DNA of 64,000 nt from Spirochaetia bacterium (GTDB lineage: Bacteria; Spirochaetota; Spirochaetia; UBA9216), in NCBI GenBank assembly GCA_963677925.2, contig CAXXYH010000003.1, forward strand, positions 384,001 to 448,000. Direction: 5' to 3'. Position 1 is the first letter of the stretch. Each line of letters begins with the position of its first letter. Below the pieces are notes generated by a model. It did not search any database. It saw only the letters and a list, made by a program, of their open reading frames with translations, and was not told the DNA's origin. Made by a program: the position numbers and the translations under genes. Shown piece by piece: positions 48,821-59,170 of this stretch.

Positions 48821-50824
48821 ATGAAGATCGCCCTTACCGGTAATCCTAACAGTGGTAAAACTACACTGTTCAATGCCATAACCGGAAAAATTGAACATGT
48901 AGGTAACTGGCCCGGAGTAACAGTAGAGAAGAAAGAAGGTATTATTAAATCGTCATTAGCTTCGCGTGACAAAGCACTTACTGTCGTAGATTTACCCGGA
49001 GCTTATTCAATGTCTCCCTACACGAATGAAGAAAGCATAACAAAGGACTTTATTAATAATGAGAGTCCTGATGCAATCATAAATATTGTGGATGCAACAA
49101 ATCTAAACCGCAGTTTATTTTTTACAACACAGCTTATTGAATTGGGTATTCCTGTTGTTATAGCCCTTAACAAAAGTGACTTAAACCGTCAGAAAGGAAT
49201 AATTATTGACACTCAAATGCTGAGTGAACTAATAAAATGCCCTGTAGTAGAAACTGTAGCGACAAAAAATTCCGGAAATGGACTGCCTGAACTTATTAAT
49301 TCTATTGAACTTATTTTCAGTAATAATTATAAGCAAGCATCTTTGGCGATAAAAGGTTCTAAAAGTGCAGCGACAGCAGATGATTTTGAAAAGGTTGATA
49401 AAAACCGTTACATTGCTGTAAATGAAATAACTGCACAAGTAGAACGAAGAAAAATCGATTCGAGCAGTCAAACCTTTCAGGATAAAGCCGACAGAATAAT
49501 TGCACATAAATGGCTTGGTATTCCAATTTTCGCCGCGGTTATCTGGTTTGTTTTTTCAGTTTCACAATCCTGGATAGGGCCATTGCTTGCTGATTTTTTT
49601 GTAGGCTGGATCGATGCATTTTACGGAGCAGTTGAAGGTGTGATAGGAGAAGACGTAAACCCTGTTCTTTCATCTCTGCTTCTGGACGGAATTATCGGAG
49701 GAGTCGGCGCAGTAGTCGGATTTCTTCCTCTCATTATGGTTCTGTTCTTTATGCTGGCTTTACTTGAAGACTGCGGTTACATGGCAAGGGTTGCCGTAAT
49801 TATGGACAGATTCTTCAAAAAAATCGGACTTTCCGGTAAATCCATCATTCCAATGATAGTCAGTACCGGATGCGCTATTCCTGGAATAATGGCCACAAGG
49901 ACTATTAAAAATGAAAGACAGAGGCGTACAACAGCAATGCTCGCTCCTTTCATGCCATGCGGAGCCAAACTTCCTATTATTGCCTTATTCGCAGGAGTAT
50001 TTTTCGGGGATAATGCATGGGTTGGAGCATCGATGTATTTTCTTGCCATAGGCGTAATTATTCTGAGTGGTCTCATAATTAGAAAGATAACCGGCGATAC
50101 TTCGAAATCATACTTTATTATGGAACTTCCAGAATACAGGCTTCCGAGTCTTAAAAGAGCAGCATTATCCATGCTTGATCGTGCAAAGTCATTTATTATA
50201 AAAGCGGGCACTATAATTCTTGTATGTAATGCAGTTGTCCAGCTTCTTCAGACTTTTAACTGGCAGTTTCAGGTTATAGGCGAATCTGCGGCAGATACAA
50301 GTATACTCGCATATCTGGCTTCTCCGCTTGCTTTCATATTTATTCCCCTGGGCTTTGGACTTTGGCAGTTTGCTGCAGCAGCAATAACAGGTTTTATTGC
50401 GAAGGAAAATGTCGTAGGGACATTGGCTGTAACTTTTGCAATTACCAACTTTATCGATGTAGAAGAACTGGCTCTCATAGGCGGCAGTGCCGATGTAATG
50501 AGTATTTTCGGTATAGGTGCTGTAGGAGCACTTTCATATCTTGTTTTCAACCTGTTCACACCTCCATGCTTTGCTGCCATAGGGTCTATGAACTCTGAGC
50601 TGGAATCAAAAAAATGGCTGTTCGGAGCTATAGGATTTCAGCTTGGTACAGGCTACGTACTCTCATTCCTTGTGTACCAGATTGGTACACTGATTACGAC
50701 AGGTGCTTTAGGAGCCGGATTTTTGGGCGGATTAATCGCTGTCGCTGCCATAGTCGGAACAGTGCTGTACATGATGTTCATGAAACCCGGTGATTCATAT
50801 AATTTTGCGGGAAGGACGGCATAA
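48821..50824 (+). CDS. feoB: Ferrous iron transporter B
   Basis: GNPNSGKT, GNWPGVTVE, DLPG, NKSD, PCGAKLP, AKENVV, PCFA. Confidence 0.97.
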   Translation: MKIALTGNPNSGKTTLFNAITGKIEHVGNWPGVTVEKKEGIIKSSLASRDKALTVVDLPGAYSMSPYTNEESITKDFINNESPDAIINIVDATNLNRSLFFTTQLIELGIPVVIALNKSDLNRQKGIIIDTQMLSELIKCPVVETVATKNSGNGLPELINSIELIFSNNYKQASLAIKGSKSAATADDFEKVDKNRYIAVNEITAQVERRKIDSSSQTFQDKADRIIAHKWLGIPIFAAVIWFVFSVSQSWIGPLLADFFVGWIDAFYGAVEGVIGEDVNPVLSSLLLDGIIGGVGAVVGFLPLIMVLFFMLALLEDCGYMARVAVIMDRFFKKIGLSGKSIIPMIVSTGCAIPGIMATRTIKNERQRRTTAMLAPFMPCGAKLPIIALFAGVFFGDNAWVGASMYFLAIGVIILSGLIIRKITGDTSKSYFIMELPEYRLPSLKRAALSMLDRAKSFIIKAGTIILVCNAVVQLLQTFNWQFQVIGESAADTSILAYLASPLAFIFIPLGFGLWQFAAAAITGFIAKENVVGTLAVTFAITNFIDVEELALIGGSADVMSIFGIGAVGALSYLVFNLFTPPCFAAIGSMNSELESKKWLFGAIGFQLGTGYVLSFLVYQIGTLITTGALGAGFLGGLIAVAAIVGTVLYMMFMKPGDSYNFAGRTA

Positions 50825-50831
50825 ATTGAAC

Positions 50832-50975
50832 ATGACTAATTTAATAGTATCGCTCATACTTGCTGCAATTATTTTTTCAGCAGTATTCAGGATAATAAAA
50901 GGCAGAAAGAAAGGTGCTTCATGCCCCGGATGCGGCGGATGCTCATTTTCTGAATCCTGTGCTGATAAAAAATAA
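50832..50975 (+). CDS. FeoB-associated Cys-rich membrane peptide
   Basis: TM helix followed by CPGCGGC...C. Confidence 0.85.
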   Translation: MTNLIVSLILAAIIFSAVFRIIKGRKKGASCPGCGGCSFSESCADKK

Positions 50976-50981
50976 TGGAAA

Positions 50982-51020
50982 CCGGCTGTACTTTGTGATG
51001 CCTGTACAGCCGGATCTTTT
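50982..51020. terminator. Terminator after the feo operon
   Basis: CCGGCTGTAC/GTACAGCCGG stem between convergent genes. Confidence 0.75.
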
Positions 51021-51032
51021 AAATTTATACAT

Positions 51033-51746
51033 CTAATAATTTATCAAAGTCCACATGTATAAATAATATAAAATCAGTATGATAATCAGAAATGTTAGAA
51101 GTGTGCTGAACCCCGCCCTGCTTTTCTTATCAAATCCTGCACCCATCCGGATAAGAACAAGTGAATCGGAAATACTCAGAATAAGTCCTGCCCGGCCCAG
51201 ATTTGATAAGCCGCCAACTGCATCGGAAAGAGCCCCCGATAAAAGAATTACAAGACCTGCAGAATATATCAGCATTTGATTTCTCAGTTCACCGCCGGGT
51301 TTAAAAGTCCTGATACTTACAAAAAGCATCAATCCGATTATCAGTATAGAAAAACCAATTGATACAGCAAACCTTGACCAGCCGTTCTGCACCAGTAATA
51401 CAATACCGATAAAAATATTGACAAGAAGGAACAGTATTGCTGCAATCAGAACAATTACCGAAACACCTGCACCTGCACTTTCTCCCTCATGCGTCTCAAC
51501 TACACTCGAACCTTCTATGCCTATTTCTCCAAGACCCATAGCAAGTAATATTATGCAGGGGATTACCTGAAAACTGCCGTATTCAGCAATAACTATTAGA
51601 AATCCACCGAATAATAATACAGGCGTCGAGATCTTCTTTATATAAAAAAGAAAAAGACTCGAATCCCGAAAGAAATACATCAGCTGTATTATTAAGTTAA
51701 AAGCAGCAAATGCTATCCATACTATACGTAATACATTCATAATCAC
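51033..51746 (-). CDS. Polytopic membrane protein, possibly YhhN/lysoplasmalogenase-like
   Basis: About eight TMs; GLGE, G.IL.ISDS and YY motifs resemble YhhN. Confidence 0.55.
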   Translation of the reverse strand: MIMNVLRIVWIAFAAFNLIIQLMYFFRDSSLFLFYIKKISTPVLLFGGFLIVIAEYGSFQVIPCIILLAMGLGEIGIEGSSVVETHEGESAGAGVSVIVLIAAILFLLVNIFIGIVLLVQNGWSRFAVSIGFSILIIGLMLFVSIRTFKPGGELRNQMLIYSAGLVILLSGALSDAVGGLSNLGRAGLILSISDSLVLIRMGAGFDKKSRAGFSTLLTFLIIILILYYLYMWTLINY

Positions 51747-51877
51747 TAATCATAACAGAATATTTTACAATCAGCCACATTTCATTTGACTGATATATTC
51801 CTTAGTATTATTATAATATTAGTTACACCTTACTTATTTAGTGATGTATAACTACTGACTGATTATAAGGAGAGTTT

Positions 51878-53257
51878 ATGGGACTTTTAATAAAGAATGG
51901 AACAATAATAGAACATGATGGAAGAAGAAAGGCTGATATATACTGCGAAAATGATACTGTAACCAGCATAGGTAAAGATTTGGATACGGCACCCGGCACT
52001 GAAGTATTTGACGCAGAAGGGAAATACGTGTTCCCGGGTTTTATAGATCCGCATGTACACATACACCTCCCCTTCATGGGTACATTTGCCAAGGACACTC
52101 ATACAACAGGTTCAAAAGCAGCCCTGATGGGAGGAACAACCTCCTTCATAGAAATGTGCTGCCCAAACAGATCAATGGATCTTGTAGATGGATATGAGGA
52201 ATGGAAACAGAAAGCTGCAGACAACGCCTTCTGTGATTACACATTTCACATGGCTGTTCCCAAATGGGAAGATGGTAAAACGGATGCTCAGCTTGATAAG
52301 ATCATTGCTGACGGAACGACATCCTTTAAAATATTTCTGGCCTACAAGGATTTCTTTGGAGTTTATGATGATGAACTTTTCAAACTTCTCACATATGCAG
52401 CAAAACATGGAATTATTACCACTGCACATACAGAGAATGCAGAAGTTGTTGCACAGATGCAGGCAAGACTGCTTGCAGAAGGTAAAACGGGACCTGAATA
52501 TCATGAACCCAGCCGCCCCGACTATGTTGAAGCATCAGGAGTAAATCATTTTGCAACCTTCCTTGAGCTGACAGGTGCTGAAGGATATGTTGTTCACTTA
52601 TCCAATGAAAAAGCGCTGAAAGAAGCGATGAAAGCACGTCATCGCGGAGTAAAACTTGGAGTTGAAGCAGTAATTCCTCACCTGATTCTGGACCGGAGCT
52701 ATCCTGAACGTCCTGGATTTGAAGGTTCAAAATATATTATGAGTCCTCCGCTTCGCGGAAAATCTGATCAAGCCGCACTTTGGAACGGACTTAATACCGG
52801 GCTCGTGGATACCGTAGCCACCGACCACGCCCCCTTTGATTATGCAGCTCAGAAGATTATGGGTGAAAACGATTTTACAAAAATTCCAAACGGAATTCCG
52901 GCAATTGAAGATCGAATCAACCTTCTCTATACCTACGGCGTTTCAAGAGGAAATATGTCTCTTGAACGTTTTGTCGAAGTAGGTTCTACAAATGCAGCAA
53001 AGTTTTTTGGTTTATATCCAAGGAAAGGAACTCTCAGACCGGGATCTGATGCAGATATTGTTGTTTATAATCCTGATGCAAAGGGAGTTTTCAGTGTTAA
53101 GACCCAGAGCATGAATGTTGATTACAACGGTTTTGAAGGAATGGAACGTGACGGAGCGCCCGAACTTGTTACAGTCAGAGGCAAGGTTCAGGTAAAAGAC
53201 GGTTCTTTTACCGGAGAAAAAGGATGGGGCAAATTACTCAGACGAGGAACCAGATAA
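51878..53257 (+). CDS. hydA: Dihydropyrimidinase / D-hydantoinase
   Basis: PGFIDPHVH, SFKIFLAY, HTEN, VVHLS, MSPPLR, ATDHAP, IPNG. Confidence 0.95.
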   Translation: MGLLIKNGTIIEHDGRRKADIYCENDTVTSIGKDLDTAPGTEVFDAEGKYVFPGFIDPHVHIHLPFMGTFAKDTHTTGSKAALMGGTTSFIEMCCPNRSMDLVDGYEEWKQKAADNAFCDYTFHMAVPKWEDGKTDAQLDKIIADGTTSFKIFLAYKDFFGVYDDELFKLLTYAAKHGIITTAHTENAEVVAQMQARLLAEGKTGPEYHEPSRPDYVEASGVNHFATFLELTGAEGYVVHLSNEKALKEAMKARHRGVKLGVEAVIPHLILDRSYPERPGFEGSKYIMSPPLRGKSDQAALWNGLNTGLVDTVATDHAPFDYAAQKIMGENDFTKIPNGIPAIEDRINLLYTYGVSRGNMSLERFVEVGSTNAAKFFGLYPRKGTLRPGSDADIVVYNPDAKGVFSVKTQSMNVDYNGFEGMERDGAPELVTVRGKVQVKDGSFTGEKGWGKLLRRGTR

Positions 53258-53313
53258 ATTATTTAGGGAATTGACAGCATAAACGCTGTGTTAACTTAAT
53301 AGCTTCTTCTTTT

Positions 53314-53348
53314 GGACTGCAGTAAATAATTTACTGCAGTTCTTTTTT
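53314..53348 (+). terminator. Terminator after hydA
   Basis: ACTGCAGTAAA/TTTACTGCAGT stem + T6. Confidence 0.85.
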
Positions 53349-53351
53349 ATC

Positions 53352-53404
53352 TTGACCATATTGAATAGGGATGTTAACTTATTAATGAAAATGATTTTCA
53401 TTAA
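53352..53404 (+). promoter_or_regulatory. Promoter and perfect 11-1-11 Fur-type box
   Basis: TTGACC-17 bp-TAACTT, then TTAATGAAAAT-G-ATTTTCATTAA (53382-53404). Confidence 0.82.
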
Positions 53405-53409
53405 AGGAA

Positions 53410-53880
53410 ATGATGATGAGACATGGACACGGCAGAGGCCGAAGATGGGGCCAGCAGCTTGAATGCAGGGGATTCAGAGTTACTGCAGCAAGAGAATTGA
53501 TTCTTGAAATACTTTCAGATACTGATTCGCATTTGAGCGCGGAAGAAATCTATTTTACGGCACGTGAAGAAAATCCTTCTGTCGGACTGACAACAGTATA
53601 CCGCAGTCTTGAGCTTCTTCAGCAGAACGGTATCGTGAACAAATTTGACTTCGGCGATGGAAGGGCAAAATTTGAACTGACAGAAGAGTTCAGTAGTAAA
53701 CCTCATCACCATCACCTCATATGCAGAAAATGCGGAAGAATAGTCGATTACACCGACTTTAATGAGGATGAAAAACTATATGTGAGCAAGGCTGAAGATG
53801 GACTTCAGTCCAGATACGGATTCGATATTGACAGCCATATTATCAGGTTTTATGGAACCTGTCCTGAATGTAAAAAATAG
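53410..53880 (+). CDS. Fur-family transcriptional repressor
   Basis: HLSAEE, GLTTVYR, HHHHLICRKCG, CPEC. Confidence 0.93.
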   Translation: MMMRHGHGRGRRWGQQLECRGFRVTAARELILEILSDTDSHLSAEEIYFTAREENPSVGLTTVYRSLELLQQNGIVNKFDFGDGRAKFELTEEFSSKPHHHHLICRKCGRIVDYTDFNEDEKLYVSKAEDGLQSRYGFDIDSHIIRFYGTCPECKK

Positions 53881-53895
53881 TTTTTTTACATTCTT

Positions 53896-53914
53896 AATGA
53901 TAATGGTTATCAAT
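53896..53914 (+). promoter_or_regulatory. Second Fur box, upstream of the DUF5320-like gene
   Basis: TGATAAT-G-GTTATCA 7-1-7 dyad (53898-53912). Confidence 0.7.
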
Positions 53915-53947
53915 TTCAAAATATCAAAATTTATACGGAGGTATAAT

Positions 53948-54355
53948 ATGCCAAGAGGCGATCGTAGAGGACCTGACGGAAGTGGTCCAATGACAGGAAG
54001 AGGAATGGGATTTTGTGCAGGAAATGAAGCACCTGGATATATGAGCGATGGATTCGGGGGCGGCAGAGGTACAGGATTCGGAAAAGGACGCGGAGCAGGA
54101 ATGGGACGCGGTTATGGAAGAACGGCAAAAGGATGGAACTGCGGAGGAGGCAGAGGCGGGCATGGAGCACGTGGCTTCAGATTCGAACAGAACGGCTATC
54201 AGGCATACGGAGCCGTACTGCCGCAGCCCTTCTCCATCGGCGAAGCTGATGAGCTTAGAATGTTAAAACGTCAGGCAGAAGACATGAAGCAGTACATTGA
54301 AAACGTGAACAGCAGAATAGCCGAACTTGAGAAAGACGCGTCAAAGCAGGATTAA
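53948..54355 (+). CDS. DUF5320-like Gly/Arg-rich protein
   Basis: GGAGG RBS; MPRGDRRGP.G.GPMTGRGMGFCAG, GRG repeats, C-terminal coiled coil. Confidence 0.85.
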   Translation: MPRGDRRGPDGSGPMTGRGMGFCAGNEAPGYMSDGFGGGRGTGFGKGRGAGMGRGYGRTAKGWNCGGGRGGHGARGFRFEQNGYQAYGAVLPQPFSIGEADELRMLKRQAEDMKQYIENVNSRIAELEKDASKQD

Positions 54356-54368
54356 TTGCACTGATTAT

Positions 54369-55376
54369 TCAAGAAAGTCTTTGATCTAAAACCCATTTAA
54401 GAAATCCGGAGTGAATCTCCCATGAGGAGCTTCCATAGCCTCCGGCGGCAAGCCAGGCTGATTTGATATTACGTTTCTCAAGAAACTGATATACAGCCTG
54501 GTCACGGGATAAGAGCTGTTCTTTTGTAAGCGCCAGCGGTGCTGATGAAGGCAGCTCATCCTTTTCAAAGGGATCCACACCTGCAACAACAATTGCAAGA
54601 TCAGGAAGGCCTGATTTCTCAAGAGTTTCAAGACCTTCCAGAAGCCGTGGAATATAATATTCATCCGCACCCTTCTCTATTGGAATATCAACATCGCCGG
54701 GAATCCAGGCAGGATTTAATTGACCGTTACCCAGGTATTTTTTTCCGTCCAGGGGCCATCCATTTGCCATATGAATACTCAGAGTCTTAATTTCAGGAGT
54801 GCTTGAAAAAATATCTGCAGTGCCGTCGCCCCTGTGAGCATCTGTATCAATAATCCATATTACATCAGCCAGGCCTTCAGCGCGGGCCTTTGCAGCCGCG
54901 GCAGCTACATCATTTACAGGGCAGAAACCATGTCCGAAATCGGGGTGACCATGATGCATGACTCCGCCTAAATAATAACAAAAACCTTTTGAAACTGCGG
55001 TATTTACAGCTAAGTATGAACCTGAGAGAACCTTTAGAATATCGTCACGCATTCCGCTGAGCGGTTTCTGAGCATTGGCAGGATTATATCGGTTATAATT
55101 TCCTTCAGAATCAATAAGCTCATAAGCTTCCATCAGACGCTGTTCGAGCCTGATGTCATACAGTCCTTCCACATAGTCTGCACTATGTACGCGGAGAAGG
55201 TCTTCTCTTCCGATTACTTCCGGAATTTCTTCAATCAGCCATTGTTCACGTATTGATTCAAAACGAGGTTCAGCCAGAATACTCTCTATTGTACGGCTCA
55301 TTCTGCTGTCGAGAGAGGGAATTTCAATTCCATATTTTATTTAGCTGATTTTTGCTTTTTCATTGTAAATTATCAT
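54369..55376 (-). pseudogene. Histone-deacetylase-family amidohydrolase with an in-frame TAA at codon 12
   Basis: MHHG..GFC.VND, DTDAHRGDGT, AGVD, GGY motifs; upstream in-frame MIIYNEKAKIS*IKYGIEIPSLDSR. Confidence 0.7.
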
Positions 55377-55592
55377 AAAAATACCTTAGTGAATTATACA
55401 TCCTATAGAACTCAAATAAATGAAATGTTCTCATATTTTAATATAAATTCTCAATATATATTATCAGTACTGATATAACCCGATATGTTTTATTGATGCA
55501 GGGAGAATCATATGATAAAATCGATTAACTTTTTTAATCATAATAAGTTACTGTAATTTTTAATAAATCATATTATTTATAGTGAGGCAATT

Positions 55593-57119
55593 TTGAAAAA
55601 GCATCTTCTTTCCGCAATATTTATTATATTGTCACTGCAGTTCCTACCGGCGGAGGATCTTCCTCTGCTAGCGGTGCCTAATATTACAGCTGTTGGAGTT
55701 TCTGAAACTCTTGCGACAACCAGCCGAAACATGGTTGAAACAGCGCTTATAAAAACAGGGAAATTTACTGTCCTTTCTTATTCAGATATGGAAGAGATAC
55801 TCGACGCTCAGGCGTTCAGTCTTTCAGGCTGTACCGATGAATCCTGCGCCATTGAAATAGGTGAACTGCTTGCAGCAGACAACATAGTTGTCGGAGACCT
55901 TTCTGCCGTAGGCGAAGAGATGGTGCTGTCAATAAGACTGGTGAATGTTACAACCAGCCGGACGGCAAGCGGAGAGGTAATTCCAATCAGGAATCTGGAA
56001 GATATGCAGGAAGCAATTTTCCAGGGAGCATACTCTCTGGCCGGAATGAAATATGTCGGCGGATCTGCTGTTGTTGAAACCGGTTCTGTTTATGTTAAAT
56101 CTCCTCCGGGAATGAAGGCTGAAATTTTTATCGATGGAAAATCATATGGTGACTCACCTGCCTTCATTGAAAACCTGCCGTTCGGAGTCCATATTCTTGA
56201 GGCTAAGGCCGATGATTACAGTTATCAATCGGAAATCAGCATAGCCTCTAAAGATATAATGGAAATTACTCCGGACATCAGTCTTTTAAAAGGCAATCTG
56301 TTTCTCACCATAGTCCCTCCCTCAGCGGAAGGCTTTAAGATAGCTATAAACGGTGAAGAAGGAACAGACGGCTTAAACAGGGACATTCCTGTGGGCTCAT
56401 GTGATATCAGAATCAGCGGAAACGGATGGTACTATACCGGAAGTACAGAAATACTGCAGGATAAAACTGAAAGGCTGGTTGTGAAGCTGCAGGAAGCCGG
56501 CAGCATTCAGTTTTTCGGTCCTGCCGGTATAGAGGTTAGTGTAAAGTCAGTAAGTGGAGAAGTATTTCCGGTTCAAGATATCAGTAAGTCCCTGAACCTT
56601 CCAACAGGAAAATATACATACACGATTAGCCATGAAGACTATAAACCTGTAACAGATACTTTTTCGCTTAAGTTTCAGCAGGAACAAAAAGTAAATCCTG
56701 AATATGAGTTTAATGAACAGGCAGTGCTTAGACAGCGAATAGCTGAACTTGAGGACCAGAAAGTATCCGTATTAAAAAAGCGTAAAGCAATTTCCACCAT
56801 AGGATGGGTATTTACAGGACTTGGGACTGCAGGTCTTGGCCTTAGCGGAAGCATGGAAGGACTGATACAATACGGTGCAATGCAGCTTGAGGCTATCTAT
56901 CCTGAATACTCTGCATCTACAGATACTGAAGAGATTCAAAGTCTGGGTGAAGAGATATCAAACTGGAAAAACAACATCCCCACCTACCGGACAATCAGAA
57001 ACTATTCTCTGATGGGAGGCGGAGGTTCTCTTTTAGTCGGCGGTATAGTCTTTATGTTTATGCCCAGGGTTAAACCGATTGAAAAAGAAATTGCCGAACT
57101 TGAAGGAATGCTCAAATGA
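55593..57119 (+). CDS. Exported CsgG/TolB_N-like + PEGA-repeat protein with C-terminal hydrophobic helices
   Basis: Signal peptide, GCTDESCAIEIGELL.AD, KSPPG..AEIFIDG PEGA, two Gly-rich hydrophobic segments between coiled coils. Confidence 0.8.
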   Translation: MKKHLLSAIFIILSLQFLPAEDLPLLAVPNITAVGVSETLATTSRNMVETALIKTGKFTVLSYSDMEEILDAQAFSLSGCTDESCAIEIGELLAADNIVVGDLSAVGEEMVLSIRLVNVTTSRTASGEVIPIRNLEDMQEAIFQGAYSLAGMKYVGGSAVVETGSVYVKSPPGMKAEIFIDGKSYGDSPAFIENLPFGVHILEAKADDYSYQSEISIASKDIMEITPDISLLKGNLFLTIVPPSAEGFKIAINGEEGTDGLNRDIPVGSCDIRISGNGWYYTGSTEILQDKTERLVVKLQEAGSIQFFGPAGIEVSVKSVSGEVFPVQDISKSLNLPTGKYTYTISHEDYKPVTDTFSLKFQQEQKVNPEYEFNEQAVLRQRIAELEDQKVSVLKKRKAISTIGWVFTGLGTAGLGLSGSMEGLIQYGAMQLEAIYPEYSASTDTEEIQSLGEEISNWKNNIPTYRTIRNYSLMGGGGSLLVGGIVFMFMPRVKPIEKEIAELEGMLK

Positions 57120-58270
57120 AAAAAATATTTATACTCATAATACTTTCACTGCTTTTAATCTTTGCCTGTGATCTATATGATCCTTCGACAGTTGATTCAA
57201 TACTTGAGAGTACTTTTCGGGACAATCCTCTGGACAGCAATTTCTGGGAAAAAAGAGCAAGTTACGGCAATGATGACTGGGGTGTAACTGATGGACCTGT
57301 TACCTTCTGTATAGATGACAAATACTATGTAGGTCTGGGGACAGACTGGGTATCTGTCGAAACAGCTTTCAGCTGGGTTTACACCGAGACAGCCTATGAT
57401 TTTAAAAAACTATCGGTATACGATCCTGATACCGATTCATGGAGTTTGTGCGCTGAATACCCCGGAGATAATTCCAGGAACGGTTTTGCTACTGTTTATA
57501 ATAATGAAGCCTATGTTGCTTTTACTGAACATTATGACAGCGATCTTGAAGAAACGATATATCCGGTAGAATTCTGGAAATATACACCGTCAACTGATAC
57601 ATGGACTGAGCTGGCATCACTACCGGACGGTACTAAATTATATTCCGATTTTCATACGGCTTATAACGGCAAACTGTATACAAGCAACTATACAACCGTA
57701 TATATATATGACGTGGTTCTTGACAGCTGGTCTTCAGAAACCCACTCATACTATAATTCCCCACAGGGAAACAATTCATTTATCAGCTCAATTGAATCTG
57801 AATATGTATATTCGATCTCTACATTAGATGAAAACTATGAAGAAATTACTATTACAGACGATGGGGAAACTTATACTATTTATGACTATGATAACTTTTA
57901 TTACAGCATATCAAGTTATTCACTTGTATCAGATTCATCATCAACCACTTTATATTCATCTATTTATTCAGACTATTACCCGGCCTTTTATGAAGATACC
58001 TGGTGGGCTGATGAAACAGTTACGTACAACACCTATACCGGGTGTGCCACTTTCCTTATTGATGATTACATTTATCTTTGTTCAAATCAGAGAACTGGTA
58101 CTTTCATGGTGCGGCTTCCGGCAGACGGAAGCGGCGCGCCGGAAACCCTGGACTGGCCTGAGGACTTTCAGACTGACAGCTTGAATTACAACACGACCTA
58201 CCCCATTGTAGGTGAAGACAGACTATTTGTTCTTGATGAAGACTGTAACTTCTACATGTACAAACCATAG
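57116..58270 (+). CDS. Kelch-like beta-propeller lipoprotein
   Basis: Lipobox IFAC; YDP.TD.W repeats; Tyr/Asp/Ser-rich. Confidence 0.78.
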   Translation: MKKIFILIILSLLLIFACDLYDPSTVDSILESTFRDNPLDSNFWEKRASYGNDDWGVTDGPVTFCIDDKYYVGLGTDWVSVETAFSWVYTETAYDFKKLSVYDPDTDSWSLCAEYPGDNSRNGFATVYNNEAYVAFTEHYDSDLEETIYPVEFWKYTPSTDTWTELASLPDGTKLYSDFHTAYNGKLYTSNYTTVYIYDVVLDSWSSETHSYYNSPQGNNSFISSIESEYVYSISTLDENYEEITITDDGETYTIYDYDNFYYSISSYSLVSDSSSTTLYSSIYSDYYPAFYEDTWWADETVTYNTYTGCATFLIDDYIYLCSNQRTGTFMVRLPADGSGAPETLDWPEDFQTDSLNYNTTYPIVGEDRLFVLDEDCNFYMYKP

Positions 58271-58288
58271 AACTCAAACCCCGTAGTT

Positions 58289-59053
58289 CTATATCTTACC
58301 AAGGCGCCTTGATATTTCGTCGGCAGTCTGCTTTACCGCCCTGCCGATGAAATCAGGGTCAGCCTCTGTTTTACTGACATTCCAGGCCGTACTGATTGCG
58401 GCAATTATTTTATTGCGGTAGTCATAGACCGGCGCACCCACACAGCGAACTCCGCTCTGATGCTCCTCAATATCCTCGGACCAGCCGCGTTTTTTCATTC
58501 GCCTTATTTTATGCTGCAGACGAATCGGATCGGTTTCTGTTTTCCTTGTAACCTTTTTCAATTCAATACTTGAAAGTATACTTTCAAGATTATCATCGTC
58601 TTCATCAAAAAGAAGAGATCTCCCCAGCGATGTACAGTGAATAGGAACACGCTTTCCTATTATTGAATAACGTCTGAGACTGTTGAACTGCTCAACTTTA
58701 TCTATGTAAACCACTTCGGTTTCTTCACGTACAGCAAGAAAAACTGTCTGGCCGGTAAGATCCGAGAGCTGCCGTAAATATGGTTCAGCCTCAGTCTTAA
58801 GCTCAATGCTGTTTAGAAGATGACTTGAGAGCATTATAAAGCCCAGTCCAAGCCTGTAATATTTATCTGACTTCTCGACATATCCCCGATCGATAAGTGA
58901 TTTCAGTATCCGGTAGACCGTTGACTTATGCAGCTCCAGCTGTTCCGAGAGTTCCGTAAGCCGAAGGCCTTTTCTTTCAAGAGAAAGGGCTTCCAGAATA
59001 TCGAAGGCACGCGAAATTGACTGTACTGATGATTCGTTTCTTTGTTCCGCCAT
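58289..59053 (-). CDS. IclR-family regulator (KdgR-like)
   Basis: VQSISRAF.IL, LHKSTVYR, HCTSLG, GVRCVGAPV; divergent from kdgK. Confidence 0.92.
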   Translation of the reverse strand: MAEQRNESSVQSISRAFDILEALSLERKGLRLTELSEQLELHKSTVYRILKSLIDRGYVEKSDKYYRLGLGFIMLSSHLLNSIELKTEAEPYLRQLSDLTGQTVFLAVREETEVVYIDKVEQFNSLRRYSIIGKRVPIHCTSLGRSLLFDEDDDNLESILSSIELKKVTRKTETDPIRLQHKIRRMKKRGWSEDIEEHQSGVRCVGAPVYDYRNKIIAAISTAWNVSKTEADPDFIGRAVKQTADEISRRLGKI

Positions 59054-59170
59054 ATGAAACTTTAGTTTATATTATGAACCTTTCAAAAGCAAGTCTGATT
59101 GACAGCTATAGCCTCCGATTTTATACTGATTTTATTAAAACCAAAGAAAATTAATTACACAGGAGTTTTT

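Noticed and set aside
51820-51856. Inverted repeat TAGTTACAC...GTATAACTA in the hydA leader
   Set aside because: Short, mismatched and AT-rich; no riboswitch or known operator match
53798-53947. N-terminal extension of the DUF5320-like ORF overlapping fur
   Set aside because: GGAGG RBS and the family-typical MPRGD start place the start at 53948
59054-59170. KdgR/IclR operator in the divergent intergenic region
   Set aside because: Only a weak dyad (TGAAAC-TTTA-GTTTAT); too degenerate to call
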